Assembly: GCF_001194135.2 (NCBI RefSeq)
Contig: NC_068984.1
Coordinates: 66,962,870-67,017,644, forward strand
DNA length: 54,775 nucleotides
From: Octopus bimaculoides
Lineage: Eukaryota
Reading direction: 5' to 3'
A model generated the notes under the pieces. That model was not told the DNA's origin, searched no databases, and was given only the letters and a program-made list of their open reading frames with translations. The position numbers and the translations under genes are program-made. Below, piece by piece: positions 35,271 through 48,534 of the stretch; positions within the stretch are counted from its first letter, which is position 1, and every line of letters starts with the position of its first letter.

Positions 35271-37161
35271 CACAGACATATAGGCAGAATATATATATAT
35301 ATATATATATATATANNNNNNNNNNNNNNNNNNNNNNNNNNNNNNNNNNNNNNNNNNNNNNNNNNNNNNNNNNNNNNNNNNNNNNNNNNNNNNNNNNNNN
35401 NNNNNNNNNNNNNNNNNNNNNNNNNNNNNNNNNNNNNNNNNNNNNNNNNNNNNNNNNNNNNNNNNNNNNNNNNNNNNNNNNNNNNNNNNNNNNNNNNNNN
35501 NNNNNNNNNNNNNNNNNNNNNNNNNNNNNNNNNNNNNNNNNNNNNNNNNNNNNNNNNNNNNNNNNNNNNNNNNNNNNNNNNNNNNNNNNNNNNNNNNNNN
35601 NNNNNNNNNNNNNNNNNNNNNNNNNNNNNNNNNNNNNNNNNNNNNNNNNNNNNNNNNNNNNNNNNNNNNNNNNNNNNNNNNNNNNNNNNNNNNNNNNNNN
35701 NNNATATATATACACATACATGTATATATATATATATATAGGTATATGATAAGATTGCTTCAATATTCAAGGGGTAGTCTGCAGTATTTAAGCAACCATG
35801 GGATAATTAAATCCGAAGGCACTCCTGGAGAATACTTGTGTGGGTACCGTCTTTGTTAGAAGGTATTCAGAGGTAGGTAATTTATCGTTTAAACCACAGT
35901 TTATAATTATAATTTAGTGGAGAATGGAGAAACAAACACAAGAAGAAGCAAGTCAATTGGGCTATATATACATATATATATGGCTGTCTTGGAAGGGTTG
36001 TTGTTTAGTGTTGGGTGGGGATGCTGAATTCCCTGTTCAAAAATATAAGGAGACAGTGTGTCGTACAGCCAGCTGGAAATAATGATTTTTGGGGCTAATG
36101 AACTGTAACAACTTCCAGGATAGCTTCTACTTGAAAGATTTGTTACTGAATGTAATTATTGCCTACCGTTTTAACTTTATTGAATTTAATGCGTGCTACA
36201 AGTTATGTATGGTACTTGTAGGACCAGTGTTGTGAAATACCTGTTTTATCTTCTATACTGTTCCACTTTCCAGTTTTGTAACAAAGAATAGAAAATTGCT
36301 TATCAACCAATCTACCAATTGGTTGGTCTATAGTGTCTCCCTCGGAGTATCTTCTTAGCCAATCATATGCTGGAAGCTACTGGTCTAAGGACCACAAGAA
36401 TTGTGATGCCTGCCATTTGATATAAATAAGCAAATGAATATAGATAGATGGATAGATATACATACATGTGCACACACACACATGTGTGTGCATACATATG
36501 TATTCACACATTAATGCACACCTTGTTTTACCCTAAGCACACAAACATATACACATAGCACCAACATGAGATATTGTTGCAGTTTGTTTATGTCGTTGCA
36601 TTTGTTATTGTTGTTTTAGCTAATATTTTATATTTTTTTTACATATGACTGTCTTGGCATTATTTTTCTACTTAAGATAGAATCTTACAATTACTTTTGT
36701 CAGAACTGTCAATTACACTTTTGTTGATTTTTATATTATATAATATTATATATTATATTATATATTATATATTATATTACAATTATATATATTACATTAT
36801 ATTTGGTTGTGTGTATGTTTATTATTTTCCTTCCTCTTTCACCCTATTGTTTTCTTTTTAGATTTGGTGTCTTTATTCTATTTTCAATAGCCAGCTCAAC
36901 ATTTAACCCTGCCCCTTCTCTTCCTCTGTTTGGCCAATAATATGGGTTTTTTGTTCAATTAACTTAGTAAATATCAATATAATTCAGTATGTTTTTCATC
37001 ATCAGTTTCTATTATCTATCTATATTTATATAATGCGTGTATTTATATATATGCATACGCATGCATGTGTGCACACTCACATGTGTAAATATATAAGTAT
37101 ATACATGCATGTGTGTATTTATATATATGTGTTTGTATATTTATACATGTGTATATATATA

Positions 37162-37207
<46 letters not shown>

Positions 37208-38334
37208 NNNNNNNNNNNNNNNNNNNNNNNNNNNNNNNNNNNNNNNNNNNNNNNNNNNNNNNNNNNNNNNNNNNNNNNNNNNNNNNNNNNNNNNNNNNNN
37301 NNNNNNNNNNNNNNNNNNNNNNNNNNNNNNNNNNNNNNNNNNNNNNNNNNNNNNNNNNNNNNNNNNNNNNNNNNNNNNNNNNNNNNNNNNNNNNNNNNNN
37401 NNNNNNNNNNNNNNNNNNNNNNNNNNNNNNNNNNNNNNNNNNNNNNNNNNNNNNNNNNNNNNNNNNNNNNNNNNNNNNNNNNNNNNNNNNNNNNNNNNNN
37501 NNNNNNNNNNNNNNNNNNNNNNNNNNNNNNNNNNNNNNNNNNNNNNNNNNNNNNNNNNNNNNNNNNNNNNNNNNNNNNNNNNNNNNNNNNNNNNNNNNNN
37601 NNNNNNNNNNNNNNNNNNNNNNNNATATACACACACACATGCACACACACTTGTGTGTGTGTGTGTACTATATATATATACTATATATATTTATATATAT
37701 ATATATAGTGTGTGTACTATATATATATATACATAGGTTTGTGTCTTATGTGAACTCTGTATTCATTTCTGCCTTAGTAGTCAAAGAGCACTTGAGATAG
37801 TTGCATTGTTTACTATTATTATTTATTTCGTTTGAACACATGAAGCATTGACCTAAAGAAATACTTTATAACTTTGGCATTTATGCAAATATATTTGTTG
37901 TTTTTGTGTGATGTATATTTATGTACAATTTTTTTTATGAGGAAAGTGGAGAATAAAGGGATCATATATATTTAATTTGAAATTTTTTTCATTATTTTTC
38001 ATAATATTTTGCTAATGCTTATTTTTGTGTTGCTAATTTTCCTTGTAGTTGTAACTTTTGCCATCTTCTGCAACCTCTTGTTCCTCCCACTTCTGTTGTC
38101 TTCTTGCTTTATCATCTCCTCCTCCTGTTTTTTTGTTTCCTCCCCTGCTTTCTTTTTCTCATGTCCCTGTCCTTCAATTGTCCAATTTTGCCTGTTGCTT
38201 AGCTTCCCCCCCCTGCTTCCCTTCCACTATCCTTCTTCTGTTACTTTTATCTTTCTCTCTCTCCTCTTCTCCCTTAACTTTTGTGTACACTTTGCTTATT
38301 TTTCACGCCTACTCGTTACTTATAAAAAAGATAA

Positions 38335-38640
38335 AATGCATGGTCTAGTAGCCAAGATGCTGCACTTACAGTCCTGAAATCACAAGCTCAGTTCCTGGGC
38401 TAGACAGCATGTTGTATCCTTGAGAAAGGCACCTAATTTCACATTGCATCAGTCTACTCAGCTGAAATGAGTACACACTGGGTGTTGATGTATCCTTCTT
38501 TCTCTCAATTTGTCACATCCTGGATGTTCTATTGTTCTATTGGATGGGAGAGCTGAGAGGATATCTATGTCTACTTGCATCTACATAGGCACCTAAAGCA
38601 ATGTACAAGTACAGTGAATGCTCTGAAGTCATTTTCAGTT
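38335..38640 (+). mobile_element. Old SINE with D-like head/core and a different 3' part
   Basis: gcatggtctagtagcc...cagttcctggg...gttgtatccttgagaaaggcac...cattgcatcagtctactcagctgaaatgagtac. Confidence 0.55.
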
Positions 38641-38683
38641 GTAAGTGACAGGTATGGGTTTTATTTTTTACCCATGTACTTAC

Positions 38684-38760
38684 AATCTTGGACATCTACT
38701 TAAGGATTCTTTCACCACGACATGGCAAGTAAGGTGAAGTTTTTGTTTTGATACATAGCT
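38684..38760 (-). CDS. Candidate internal exon of an unidentified host gene (77 nt)
   Basis: Acceptor tttccattttattAG, donor GTAAGT, one open frame SYVSKQKLHLTCHVVVKESLSRCPR. No homology recognised. Confidence 0.25.
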
Positions 38761-39625
38761 CTAATAAAATGGAAATATACCCAGACTTATCTCACATACT
38801 TGTCAAAGCGATTAGAATAGTATCAGTCATCCAGCTATTGTTGCCTTCTAACCACAAATATTTTAAATTAGATATTTAATGTTCACTATGTTAAATATTT
38901 TATGACCAACTTAGCTATTTTTTTTTTCCCTATGAATAGTGTTTGTATGTAAGCTCAGGGAGTTATTTTTGAAAATATACTTGTAAATATTTTTTATTTC
39001 TGAGGTCTCTTTGTGTGGCTTTGTGATCTAAGTTTTACAAGTGGTTACTGATGCAGGAAGAACTGGGTGGCAAGAACTAATTTCTAATCTCAAAAAACAA
39101 GCAAAAGAAAACTAAAAAAACAAAACACTGCAACAAACAACAGAAAAATGTTCTGAAATATTTACATATCCAAAATAATATTCAGTGTTGCTCAATAGAA
39201 AATGAAACAGTGGAAAAAAAAAAAACAAAAACAAAAAACAAAATGAGTAAATTACATAGTTTCTAAAGATTCTTGAGTCCTGACATGTGATTTTTACTGC
39301 TAGATTTTATGTGTCTGTCTGTCTGTCTGTCAAATTCCTCCTCATCCACTCTCTCTCTCTCTCTCATTCTCTCAGAAACCAATAAGAGGACTCTACATGA
39401 TAATTTAACAGGATATAAATACTACCCAAATTGCTCTCAAGACCTACTCTACAATCCTAAAAGCAAGGATACATTGAATAAAATAGAGTACTCTATACAT
39501 GAAAGAAGACTGAGTGAAAAGCTTTTCATTATGGATCAAATAAATGCTTGTCCACTTGGATCTAAACTACAAAAGCAACATCAAATATTTTATTTCTCTA
39601 TCTCATGTTCTATTTCACTATCTTC

Positions 39626-39661
<36 letters not shown>

Positions 39662-41459
39662 ATGTGTGCATCATTCTGGCTTCTTGGCAGCTATTGACTG
39701 GGCTTATGCTACAGTGAGAGAGTTCAAAATGATTGAGACATTGTTTAAAGTTGTCCACTGTGTTGCCAAAGATCAGAGTCAATATTCTTTCACCAGATCT
39801 TTTTTTCTGAATGATTGAAATTTTACAAGTGCTCCCTTTTGCTCCTTCTGAGAATAATTTTTCATTAACTCTGATCATTTTTTATCTTTTCTCATTAGAA
39901 TTTTAATTGCAATTGATTAGAAATTAACTTTGATTCACCAGATCAAATATNNNNNNNNNNNNNNNNNNNNNNNNNNNNNNNNNATATATATATATATATA
40001 AGAGCAAACTTGATAGATTAATGTATTAATCGCTACTTGAGAATGACATAGGATCATAAGGTCAAGTGGTATATTAACACAAATATATTATTAGCAAATG
40101 TTCAACCCTTTTCAAACAAAAGCTTAGTCTTCATCACTCTTTTGTGACTGCTGTGTCATATATTCAAAGATATAAAACTTCAGCATTTGAAAGGAAAGTG
40201 ATAAATAGTTAATAAAAAAGAGTTTAGAAGGAATTTTGATTTGTACATGAAAAAAAAAAAAATAATAAATAGAAACAAACTTATTTCATATGTCAGTTAA
40301 ACAATATTTAAATCCTAATTTAAATAAGATTAATCATGTAGAAGATACTTATTTACCAATTTATGGGCAGACCACAAGAGTAATATTTTGAACAAAAATA
40401 ACTATATTTATGTGAAAACTTTATGAAAATTTATGTATGGAAGACACTATTTATCTCTGAAAGTATAGCTTATGACTAAAATAATTTCCGGATTTTTTTT
40501 CCACTAGTAATGCCAACTGCTTTATCGCTATATCTTAGTAGCAAATTTTTGTTGGTATTTTCATAAGCTTATTGTTATTGCAGTTGTTATTTTCTTTAGT
40601 ATTACTGAAAGTTTTATAGATTTATCATATATTTCATTGGAGCACATTCTCACTGTTACAACCGTAGAAAAAAATTATTAACATATGTCATTTTACATAA
40701 GATTAATTTGACAGGTTTTGTTTAAAAATGGTCAAAATGTCAAAACTCTATTTTATACCTACATTATATATCATATTCAGTAAACTGAAAAGGTAACGAA
40801 ACATTAGCTTGCTTTCCATTTCAACTCAAACAAATAGAAACAAACAAACAATAACAACAACATCAAGGAAAACAAGCACATTGAAACTTATTTATTTACA
40901 ACACTTGAGAGTGCATGAATATTTCTACATGAGGATATCAAATGTAGTAAGCACTATGATGAATCATTAAACTAAGAATAAACAAACACACATACATACA
41001 CACATATCAACAAGTGTGTGATGTGTCCATGAGACAATTTGGTTTCTAACAAAGAAACATAATTCAATCAGTGAAATTTGGACAATAATTTTAACTGATA
41101 TGTATTGAACTTTAAAGATGTATTCAATATTTTTACTGTTCTACTTACAGATCGTATTTATAAAATTCATATTAGCTGGGGTATTTCTTAGTTTGAAAAT
41201 CTTAGCTTTTCCAGATTGTAGTATTTACTAAAATAGGTATATGCTACAGTAGTTATTTGCATAAATATGAATTTATGATCATGTTAGTGCAGCTGCAGAT
41301 TTGGTGTCAAGGCAGTTCTGCATATGCATGTCCTACTAAAACTTTGTGAGTGGATTTGGTAGATGGAAATTGAAAGAAGGCCACTGCATACATAGACGCT
41401 GAAGCCTTTGTGGATGGGAAACCTAAGGTAATCGCATAAACCAGCCTTCACCATTTTCA

Positions 41460-41507
<48 letters not shown>

Positions 41508-41520
41508 ATATATGTATATA

Positions 41521-41569
41521 TTACAGGTAGTAAGCAAACCAACTCCAGGGACAAACACACACATATATA

Positions 41570-41608
<39 letters not shown>

Positions 41609-41687
41609 TTACACATATATATACCACAAAGTTACAGGGTGTAAGCAAACCAACTCTGACGACAAACACATGCACATACACATATGT

Positions 41688-41755
<68 letters not shown>

Positions 41756-41756
41756 G

Positions 41757-41806
<50 letters not shown>

Positions 41807-41861
41807 TGTATGTGTGTGTTTGTCCCCGGAGTTGGTTTGCTTATACCCTGTAACTTAGTGG
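41521..41861. repeat. Three copies of a ~45-bp SINE-A-derived unit (two direct, one inverted) embedded in (TA)n/(TG)n
   Basis: 'aagttacagggtgtaagcaaaccaactc..gggacaaacac' at 41521-41558 and 41624-41669, and reversed at 41813-41861. Confidence 0.85.
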
Positions 41862-41917
41862 TGTGTGTATATATATATATATATATACAAAGATACATCT
41901 ATAACTACCTATATATA

Positions 41918-42276
41918 TCCTTTTATTTGTTTCAGTCATTTGACTGCAGCCATGCTGGAGCACTACCTTTAATTGTAAGCCTAGTACTTATTCTATCAAT
42001 GTCTTTTGCCAAACCACGAAGTTGTGGGGATGTAAACACACCAACATCGGTTGTTAGGCAATATTGTTGGGATAAAAACACAGAAACAAACATAAACATT
42101 TATACATATATATGATAGGCTTCTTTCAATTTCTGTCTACCAAATCCACTCACGAGGCTTTGGTCGGTACAAGAGTATAATAAAAGACACCTGCCCCAGG
42201 TGCCATGCAGTGGAACTGAACATGGAACCATGTGGTTGTGAAGCAAGCTTCTTACCACACAGCTACGCCTGCACCT
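41918..42276 (-). mobile_element. SINE A
   Basis: ttgtttcagtcatttgactgcagccatgctggagcac...ggtgccatgcagtggaactgaac...cttaccacacagctacgcctgcacct. Confidence 0.88.
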
Positions 42277-43314
42277 ATGAATATATATATATATATTCAT
42301 AACATGTATTCATAAATATATATAGTTTTTCTCTATACACCAATGCACATGACATAAAAGCTCTTTCACATGTTTAGACATATATGTATAATCTAATCCT
42401 CCTTCTGAAAAAATTAGCTGAATTGACTGAAATATTTTTGATTTGGCTTATTCAATTTTATTTTTGTTAAAATCAAATCAATTATTATGTTCCAATTTTA
42501 AAATAATTGAAGATTATTTTATCCTTGAGCAACATTTAAAATTCGAATCAGTGCTTCTGGCAATAATATATTGGAAATATTTAATCCTTTGAATAATATT
42601 GTCAGAAAGCTTTCTTCAATAATGCTGGCTCAAATTTCTTTCATTCTTCAATATTTGCCAGCAGTAAAGTTGCTTGGTTTAAAATTTTCTTGAATTTAGC
42701 TTTTGTACTGTATAATTCAAGTCAGGAGAATCTATAGACTCAAACAATGTCTCCATTTCGTGAGCTTAGAGAAATTTTTTACTAATTTGGCTGAATAAGC
42801 AGGAACATTATTACATTGGGATATTGCCAGACTGGGATGGATTAGCTGTTCTATAAATGTAGAGGAAATGCTTTTCTCAAATTTCTTCCTTCTAACATTT
42901 TCATACTACTTTTGCAGGAAATGAACAAGAAAGATTTTCTATACCATGACAAGTGAATGACCGACACACAATTTTACCATCACCTAAAGATCTTCTTGTA
43001 GGTTGTTAAACAGTATTTCCTGATATCTGTGAGCTTCATTTGGGAAAAGAGGAAATTCTTGATTCATTTTTAGAAGATAACATTAAAANNNNNNNNNNNN
43101 NNNNNNNNNNNNNNNNNNNNNNNNNNNNNNNNNNNNNNNNNNNNNNNNNNNNNNNNNNNNNNNNNNNNNNNNNNNNNNNNNNNNNNNNNNNNNNNNNNNN
43201 NNNNNNNNNNNNNNNNNNNNNNNNNNNNNNNNNNNNNNNNNNNNNNNNNNNNNNNNNNNNNNNNNNNNNNNNNNNNNNNNNNNNNNNNNNNNNNNNNNNN
43301 NNNNNNNNNNNNNN

Positions 43315-43347
<33 letters not shown>

Positions 43348-44110
43348 TTTGACTCTGCTAGACACATTGTTTCTGGTTGCTGACATTTTCTCTTGCTTTT
43401 GATGCTATGTATAATGTTTAACGGAACAGATGGTTTTTGTCTTTCAGAATCTCTTTTATTGACCATTATCATCATGATGTGAATGAATCATTCTCTTCTG
43501 AAACATTTTGTTATTTTAATGGTGGGGTGGGGGTAGCAACATGAGAACCGATAAATTCTTTGTATTATCATGAAAAAAAATAATAGAACACCTAAATGGA
43601 AAAGTTTCTAAAATAATCTGCAAAAATAAAAAACAAAAAAAAAAACAAGTAGGAAATTTAAATGAAGGAACCATATTGGTGTGAAAGAAAAGTAGAGAAA
43701 TAAAAATATAAACAAAATCCTTTAATATTTTTCCCAAAACTTTGCAACTTTGCACCTCTAAAATATTTAAATTGTAACAATTATAGTGTAAAATTTTGCA
43801 AGTTTTCAAAGAAAATCAATAATTTTGTAGGTGTTCAAATTTTGGAGGAACATTAGAGGTAATACACACACACACACATGCATGCATGTGTGTGTGTGTT
43901 CGTGCATATGAGTATAGACACTTGTCCACATAAATGTGTATGGTAAGCAAACAAAAAGAAAAGGTCAGTATGTTTTTGTTAATTGTATTTTTGAATTTCA
44001 TTTTTGCTTGCAAATTGCATTCTGGATATATTATAGCTTTGATGCTAACCCAAATTCCAGATTACATGGACACAGGAGTTTATATATTTGTATTTGTATA
44101 TGTATGATCA

Positions 44111-44484
44111 TTACCAGCATTGCCTTCCTGGCACTTGTGCCACAGCTTTGCATTCCTGGCACTTGTGCTGGTGGCATATGAAAAGTCATTCGAGCGAGAT
44201 CATTGCCAGTGCCGCTGGACTGGCTCCTGTGCAGGTGGCATGTAAAATACACCATTTTGAGCGTGGCCATTACTAGTACTGCCAGACTGGCCTTCGTGCC
44301 GGTGGCATGTAAAAGCACCCACTACACTCTCGGAGTGGTTGGCTTTAGGAAGGGCATCCAGCTGTAAAAACTCTGCCAAATCAGATTGGAACCTGGTGTA
44401 GCCATCTGGTTCACCAGTCCTCAGTAAAATCGTCCAACCCATGCTAGCATGGAAAGCGGACGTTAAACGATGATGATGATGATG
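44111..44484 (+). mobile_element. RTE-type tail element with several ~60-bp internal subrepeats, ending in (GAT)n
   Basis: Repeated 'gtgc.ggtggca.gtaaaa' units followed by aggaagggcatccagctgt...gcggacgttaaacgatgatgat. Confidence 0.88.
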
Positions 44485-44682
44485 TGTATATGCACATGTG
44501 TGATATAGACTTGATCTCTTGTAGTAATTAGTTATGTCTATTCTGTGATGAACTCATCCCATTGTCCAGTATCATTAAAATAACCATCAGTTGAGTACCA
44601 GGCTTCCTAAAAATTTCCCAGCTTTTTCAATGTACATTATACAATCACCCTTATCATCATCATCATCATCATCATCATTGTT

Positions 44683-44904
44683 AAGGGGATAAAGTAACAG
44701 AATTGGTAGCACACCAAGCAAAATGCTTAGCAACGTTTCGGCCGTCTTTATGTTCTGAGTTCAAATTCTGCTAAGGCTGACTTTATCTTTCATCCTTTCG
44801 GGGTTGATAAAATAAGTACCAGTTGAACACTGGGGTTGATATAATTGACTTACTCCTCCCTCAAAGTTGCTGGTCTTTCATCAAAATTTGAAATCATCAT
44901 CATC

Positions 44905-44947
<43 letters not shown>

Positions 44948-45534
44948 CATTATTCATAAGGTGGCAAGTTGACAGAATCATTAGCATATTGGGTAAAATG
45001 CTCATGAGCATTTTGTCCATCACCAAATTCTGGTGAGTCCTACTTTGCCTTTCATCTTTTTGGGGTTGATGAATTAAGTACCAGTTGAATACTGAGGTTG
45101 ATGTAATTGATTCATCCCCACCACCAAAAAAAAAAAGCTGCCCTTTTGGCAAAATTTGAAACCATTATTATCATTATTAGAAAGGTGGAAGAGGTTAACT
45201 TTACCTTTCATCCTTTCGTAATTGATAAAAGAAGTACCAGTTTGACATTGAGGTCAATGTAATCGATTCATCCCCTCCAAAATTGCTGCCCTTGTGGCAA
45301 AATTTGAAACCATTAATAGAAAGCTGGTGAGCTGGCAGAATCGTTAGCATACCAGGTAAAATGCTTAGCAGCATTTCATCCATCCTTATGTTCTGAGCTC
45401 AAATTCTGCCAAGGTTAACTTTGTCTTTCATCCTTTTGGGGTTGATAAAATAAGTACCAGTCACACACTGGAGTCGATGTAATCAACTAGTCCCCTCCCC
45501 CAAAATTTCAGGCCTTGCACCAATAGTAGAAGGG

Positions 45535-45570
<36 letters not shown>

Positions 45571-46105
45571 ATTATTCAGCAGTTTTATTTTTATAATGTG
45601 CTTTCACTTCACTACCAAGCGCAGCTCTGTGTGCCCTGGGTATGTGCTGTGGTTTGCTGTAATGCTCTTATGGTTACTGTATTGAAAGTGTTTTGCGTAG
45701 GATGTGTGAAATTATTATTATTATTAGAAAGGTGTAAGGTGGTGAGCTGACAGAATCATTAGCATGCTGGGCAAAATGCTTAGTGGTATTTTGTCTACTG
45801 CTATGTTCTGAGTTCAAATTCCACTGGGGTTGACTTTGCTTTCATGCTTTCTGGATTGATTAAATAAGTACCAGTTACACACTGGAGTCGATGAAATTGA
45901 CTAGACCACTCATACCAAATTTCAGGCCTTGCGCCTATAGTAGAAAGGATTATTATTAGAAAGGTGATGAATTGGACAAAATACTTTCATCCAGTTCTTT
46001 ATATGCTAAACTCAAATCCCATAATGTTTTTTTTTTGTTTGTTTTTGCTTCTTCTGGGTTTGTAAAATGAGTGTATTGTACATTAGCTCACTTCCTCCAT
46101 CAAAT
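44683..46105 (+). mobile_element. Array of six same-orientation SINE B copies (~44683, 44958, 45189, 45320, 45735, 45960) with (TTA)n linkers and an unrelated insert at ~45573-45710
   Basis: Repeated ttctgagttcaaattc / tttgcctttcatcc / gataaaataagtaccag motifs at ~210-bp spacing. Confidence 0.9.
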
Positions 46106-46577
46106 TGACATTGCTTGAACAGGGACGTGGTGCACCATGCATCACATGTCAAAGCAACTGCCTAGCAACATGAGATGAAATGTTTTGATCAACAACACAA
46201 TGGACCAACCAGTCCAGGAATTGAAATCATGACATCTCTATTGTAAGTGTAATGCCCAAACCACTAGGATATGTGCCATCAGTCATGGTATAAATGCAGT
46301 AGAATAAACACTGCTACATACACACATAAGTTAGGTGAAAGCAGGCAATGGATTATGTCTGCCATATAAGGACAGATATAGCTCATTTGATATTTCTGCA
46401 CAATTCACATCAACCTAGTTTTACTCACAAGACATTAGTAGACTTGAGGGTCTGATAGAGGGATACTTACTCAAAGTGGTATCAAGCAGTGGTAACAAAC
46501 TCAGAATGAATATAGCTGATTGCAAAGCGAACTTCTTAACTATATGGCCATAATAAACAAAAATGAAGACTATTAAT

Positions 46578-47005
46578 AGATGCAGGAATGTCTGTGATTA
46601 AGAAGCTTGCTTCATAGTCATGCAGTTTTAGGTTCAGTCCCATGGATAAGTGTCTAGTACTAGAGCTGTGGGCCAAGCAAAGCCTTTTGAGTGAATTTGG
46701 TAGATGGGTAACTGAAAGAAACCCATCATTTATATATGTATATGTATGAACTCTTGTCTTGACATCTAGTAGTAGTTGTGAATGAGCAACACTGTGATAC
46801 AAGTGATGCTGCTTGTTGTCAGTCCTCTGTAAAAAACATGTCTGGGCATGGGAAAATAATACCTTGCTTGGAAGCAGATCAAGGTGTCAGTGATAGGAAG
46901 GGCATCTGGTCTTGTAAAATATGCCTCAACACATTCCATCAGACCCATGCAAACATGTGAAAATGGAAATCAAAACAATGATAAATTTAGTGATGATGAT
47001 GATTG

Positions 47006-47045
<40 letters not shown>
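46578..47045 (+). mobile_element. SINE with the family-A head and an RTE-type tail ending in (GAT)n
   Basis: Head gcaggaatgtctgtgattaagaagcttgc...ggttcagtccc; then aaaacatgtctgggcatggg...ataggaagggcatc...gacccatgcaaacatg...(GAT)n. Confidence 0.8.
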
Positions 47046-47047
<2 letters not shown>

Positions 47048-47756
47048 ACTTCTTTATTTTTAAAATGACATCACAAAAGTTGAGTGAAATACAACTGTTG
47101 AATTTGGAAATCATAAGAGAGTTTAGCTTAAATCTTGATCTGATCAAGATTAATGAATTTTTGTGTTTTATTTAAAAGAAAAATATAATTTCTTTGGGTG
47201 ATGAATGCATCATTGATCTGCTGATCGATGTCTTGGTTAAAGGCCAATCCTATCTAATATAATATCAAGACTTTTGGCCTCATGAGAAATAGGGATTTTA
47301 ATGTCATCAAGATAGATGGTTTTTAATAAAAAGTTTATTGCATTCACTCATTTTCATGATATGAATTATTATTATTCTTTTGCCTTTTCTAAATTCTATT
47401 TGAGACAGTAATCATCCGCCTGGTTATGGATTTTCTTCATAATGACTGGCAAAGGATAATTTTTGAAAGTTTTCTATTTCTTGTCCTTGTCATCATCACA
47501 GTCATTATCATTAATATCAGTTTTACATCTGTGTTTTTTTTATCATGCTGGTATAGTTTGGAGAGATTGGTAGTACAGCAACCTCTTATAAATATTGATC
47601 CCCAAAATCTGCAGCATCAATATATCTGTTCTAAATAGTCTTTTTAATATATTCACATAATTCTGGCTGCAGTGTTTTACTTGAGGTTTTGGTCGGTATA
47701 AGTCTCAGTAACAGATGTTCTTAATGGAAGATGAGTCATTGATGAATCCTTTATGG

Positions 47757-47927
47757 TAGTCATGGGCGATCTGTAGCTTTCGGGCCACATGCAACCTGCA
47801 GGACTATCTAAATGGCACACCTAATGAAAATTTAACTTCCATCTTTTTTAGTTATAAGAGCTGCTTAATAATGTGTTATGTCCATGTCCTGCGCAACCCA
47901 CTTCTTGTAAAGGGTTGCCCGTGCCTG
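47757..47927. mobile_element. hAT-like MITE (171 bp)
   Basis: Ends TAGTCATGGGCGA and (reverse complement) CAGGCACGGGCAA. The 8-bp flanks CTTTATGG / TTTTATGC (6/8 identical) fit a decayed hAT TSD. Confidence 0.6.
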
Positions 47928-48534
47928 TTTTATGCAGTCATTTGAACAACTAGAAATAGCAGCTAAATCATCTTAAGAAAAAATAAAATAGACCACAATG
48001 AAGAGTATAGATTAAAGATGGCATGATCATAGCTTGAATGTCTTTAATCTTAGGTCTGCTGAATCATTACTGAGCAATAACTACAACAGCAACAACAAAT
48101 TTCATCATTTATATAACAGACTCACTTGATGCATGTGCTTAAAAAATGTGGAAGCTCCCTCAAGTATGTAAATTCTTAAGAATCATTAAAGAATATAATT
48201 TCTAGCGAAATCACAATAGAATATAAATTTTTAAGGAATCATTATTGTGAATCAAGATTACAAGACTTCAGGATACACAAATTAACCCTGTCCTAATCAG
48301 TTGAAACTAGTTATTTACTAGCAGGACCTATGAATATTTCATGGAATTAATGGTAAACTTGTGCTATTTCTGAAAACTTTATCCAAAAAAACCCTGAAAC
48401 CGTAGCCTGTGTTGTGCCTGTATCAAAAGAAAAATCATTGCAAAGCGAAGGAAATTGAAATACAATGATTAATTAATGTACTTTATACATATACACTTTA
48501 TATACTCTATGCACAATTTTATTGACATAATGCA

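Noticed and set aside
39309-39818. 169-aa plus-strand ORF with a partly complex sequence
   Set aside because: It begins in (TCTG)/(CT)n, crosses a (TG)n tract, has no recognisable motif and no convincing donor site. It is probably a chance open frame.
5062-43475. Long ORFs in the supplied track (e.g. 11269-12402, 31592-32842, 37033-37800)
   Set aside because: They run through N gaps or dinucleotide/trinucleotide tracts, giving poly-X, YI, CV, TH and similar low-complexity peptides. They are not evidence of coding.
44683-46105. Regularly spaced repeats that could be mistaken for a CRISPR array
   Set aside because: The context is eukaryotic, the units are ~210-bp SINE copies without unique spacers, and there are no cas genes.
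47131-47151. 21-bp palindrome AATCTTGATC-T-GATCAAGATT (and the 14-bp GTCAAGATCTTGAC at 52279-52292)
   Set aside because: These are isolated, AT-rich and have no supporting context; a few such palindromes are expected by chance.
47050-47750. Stop-riddled protein-like stretches on both strands (also 42400-43500)
   Set aside because: No motif I can assign. They may be an old TE or pseudogene, and blastx would be needed.
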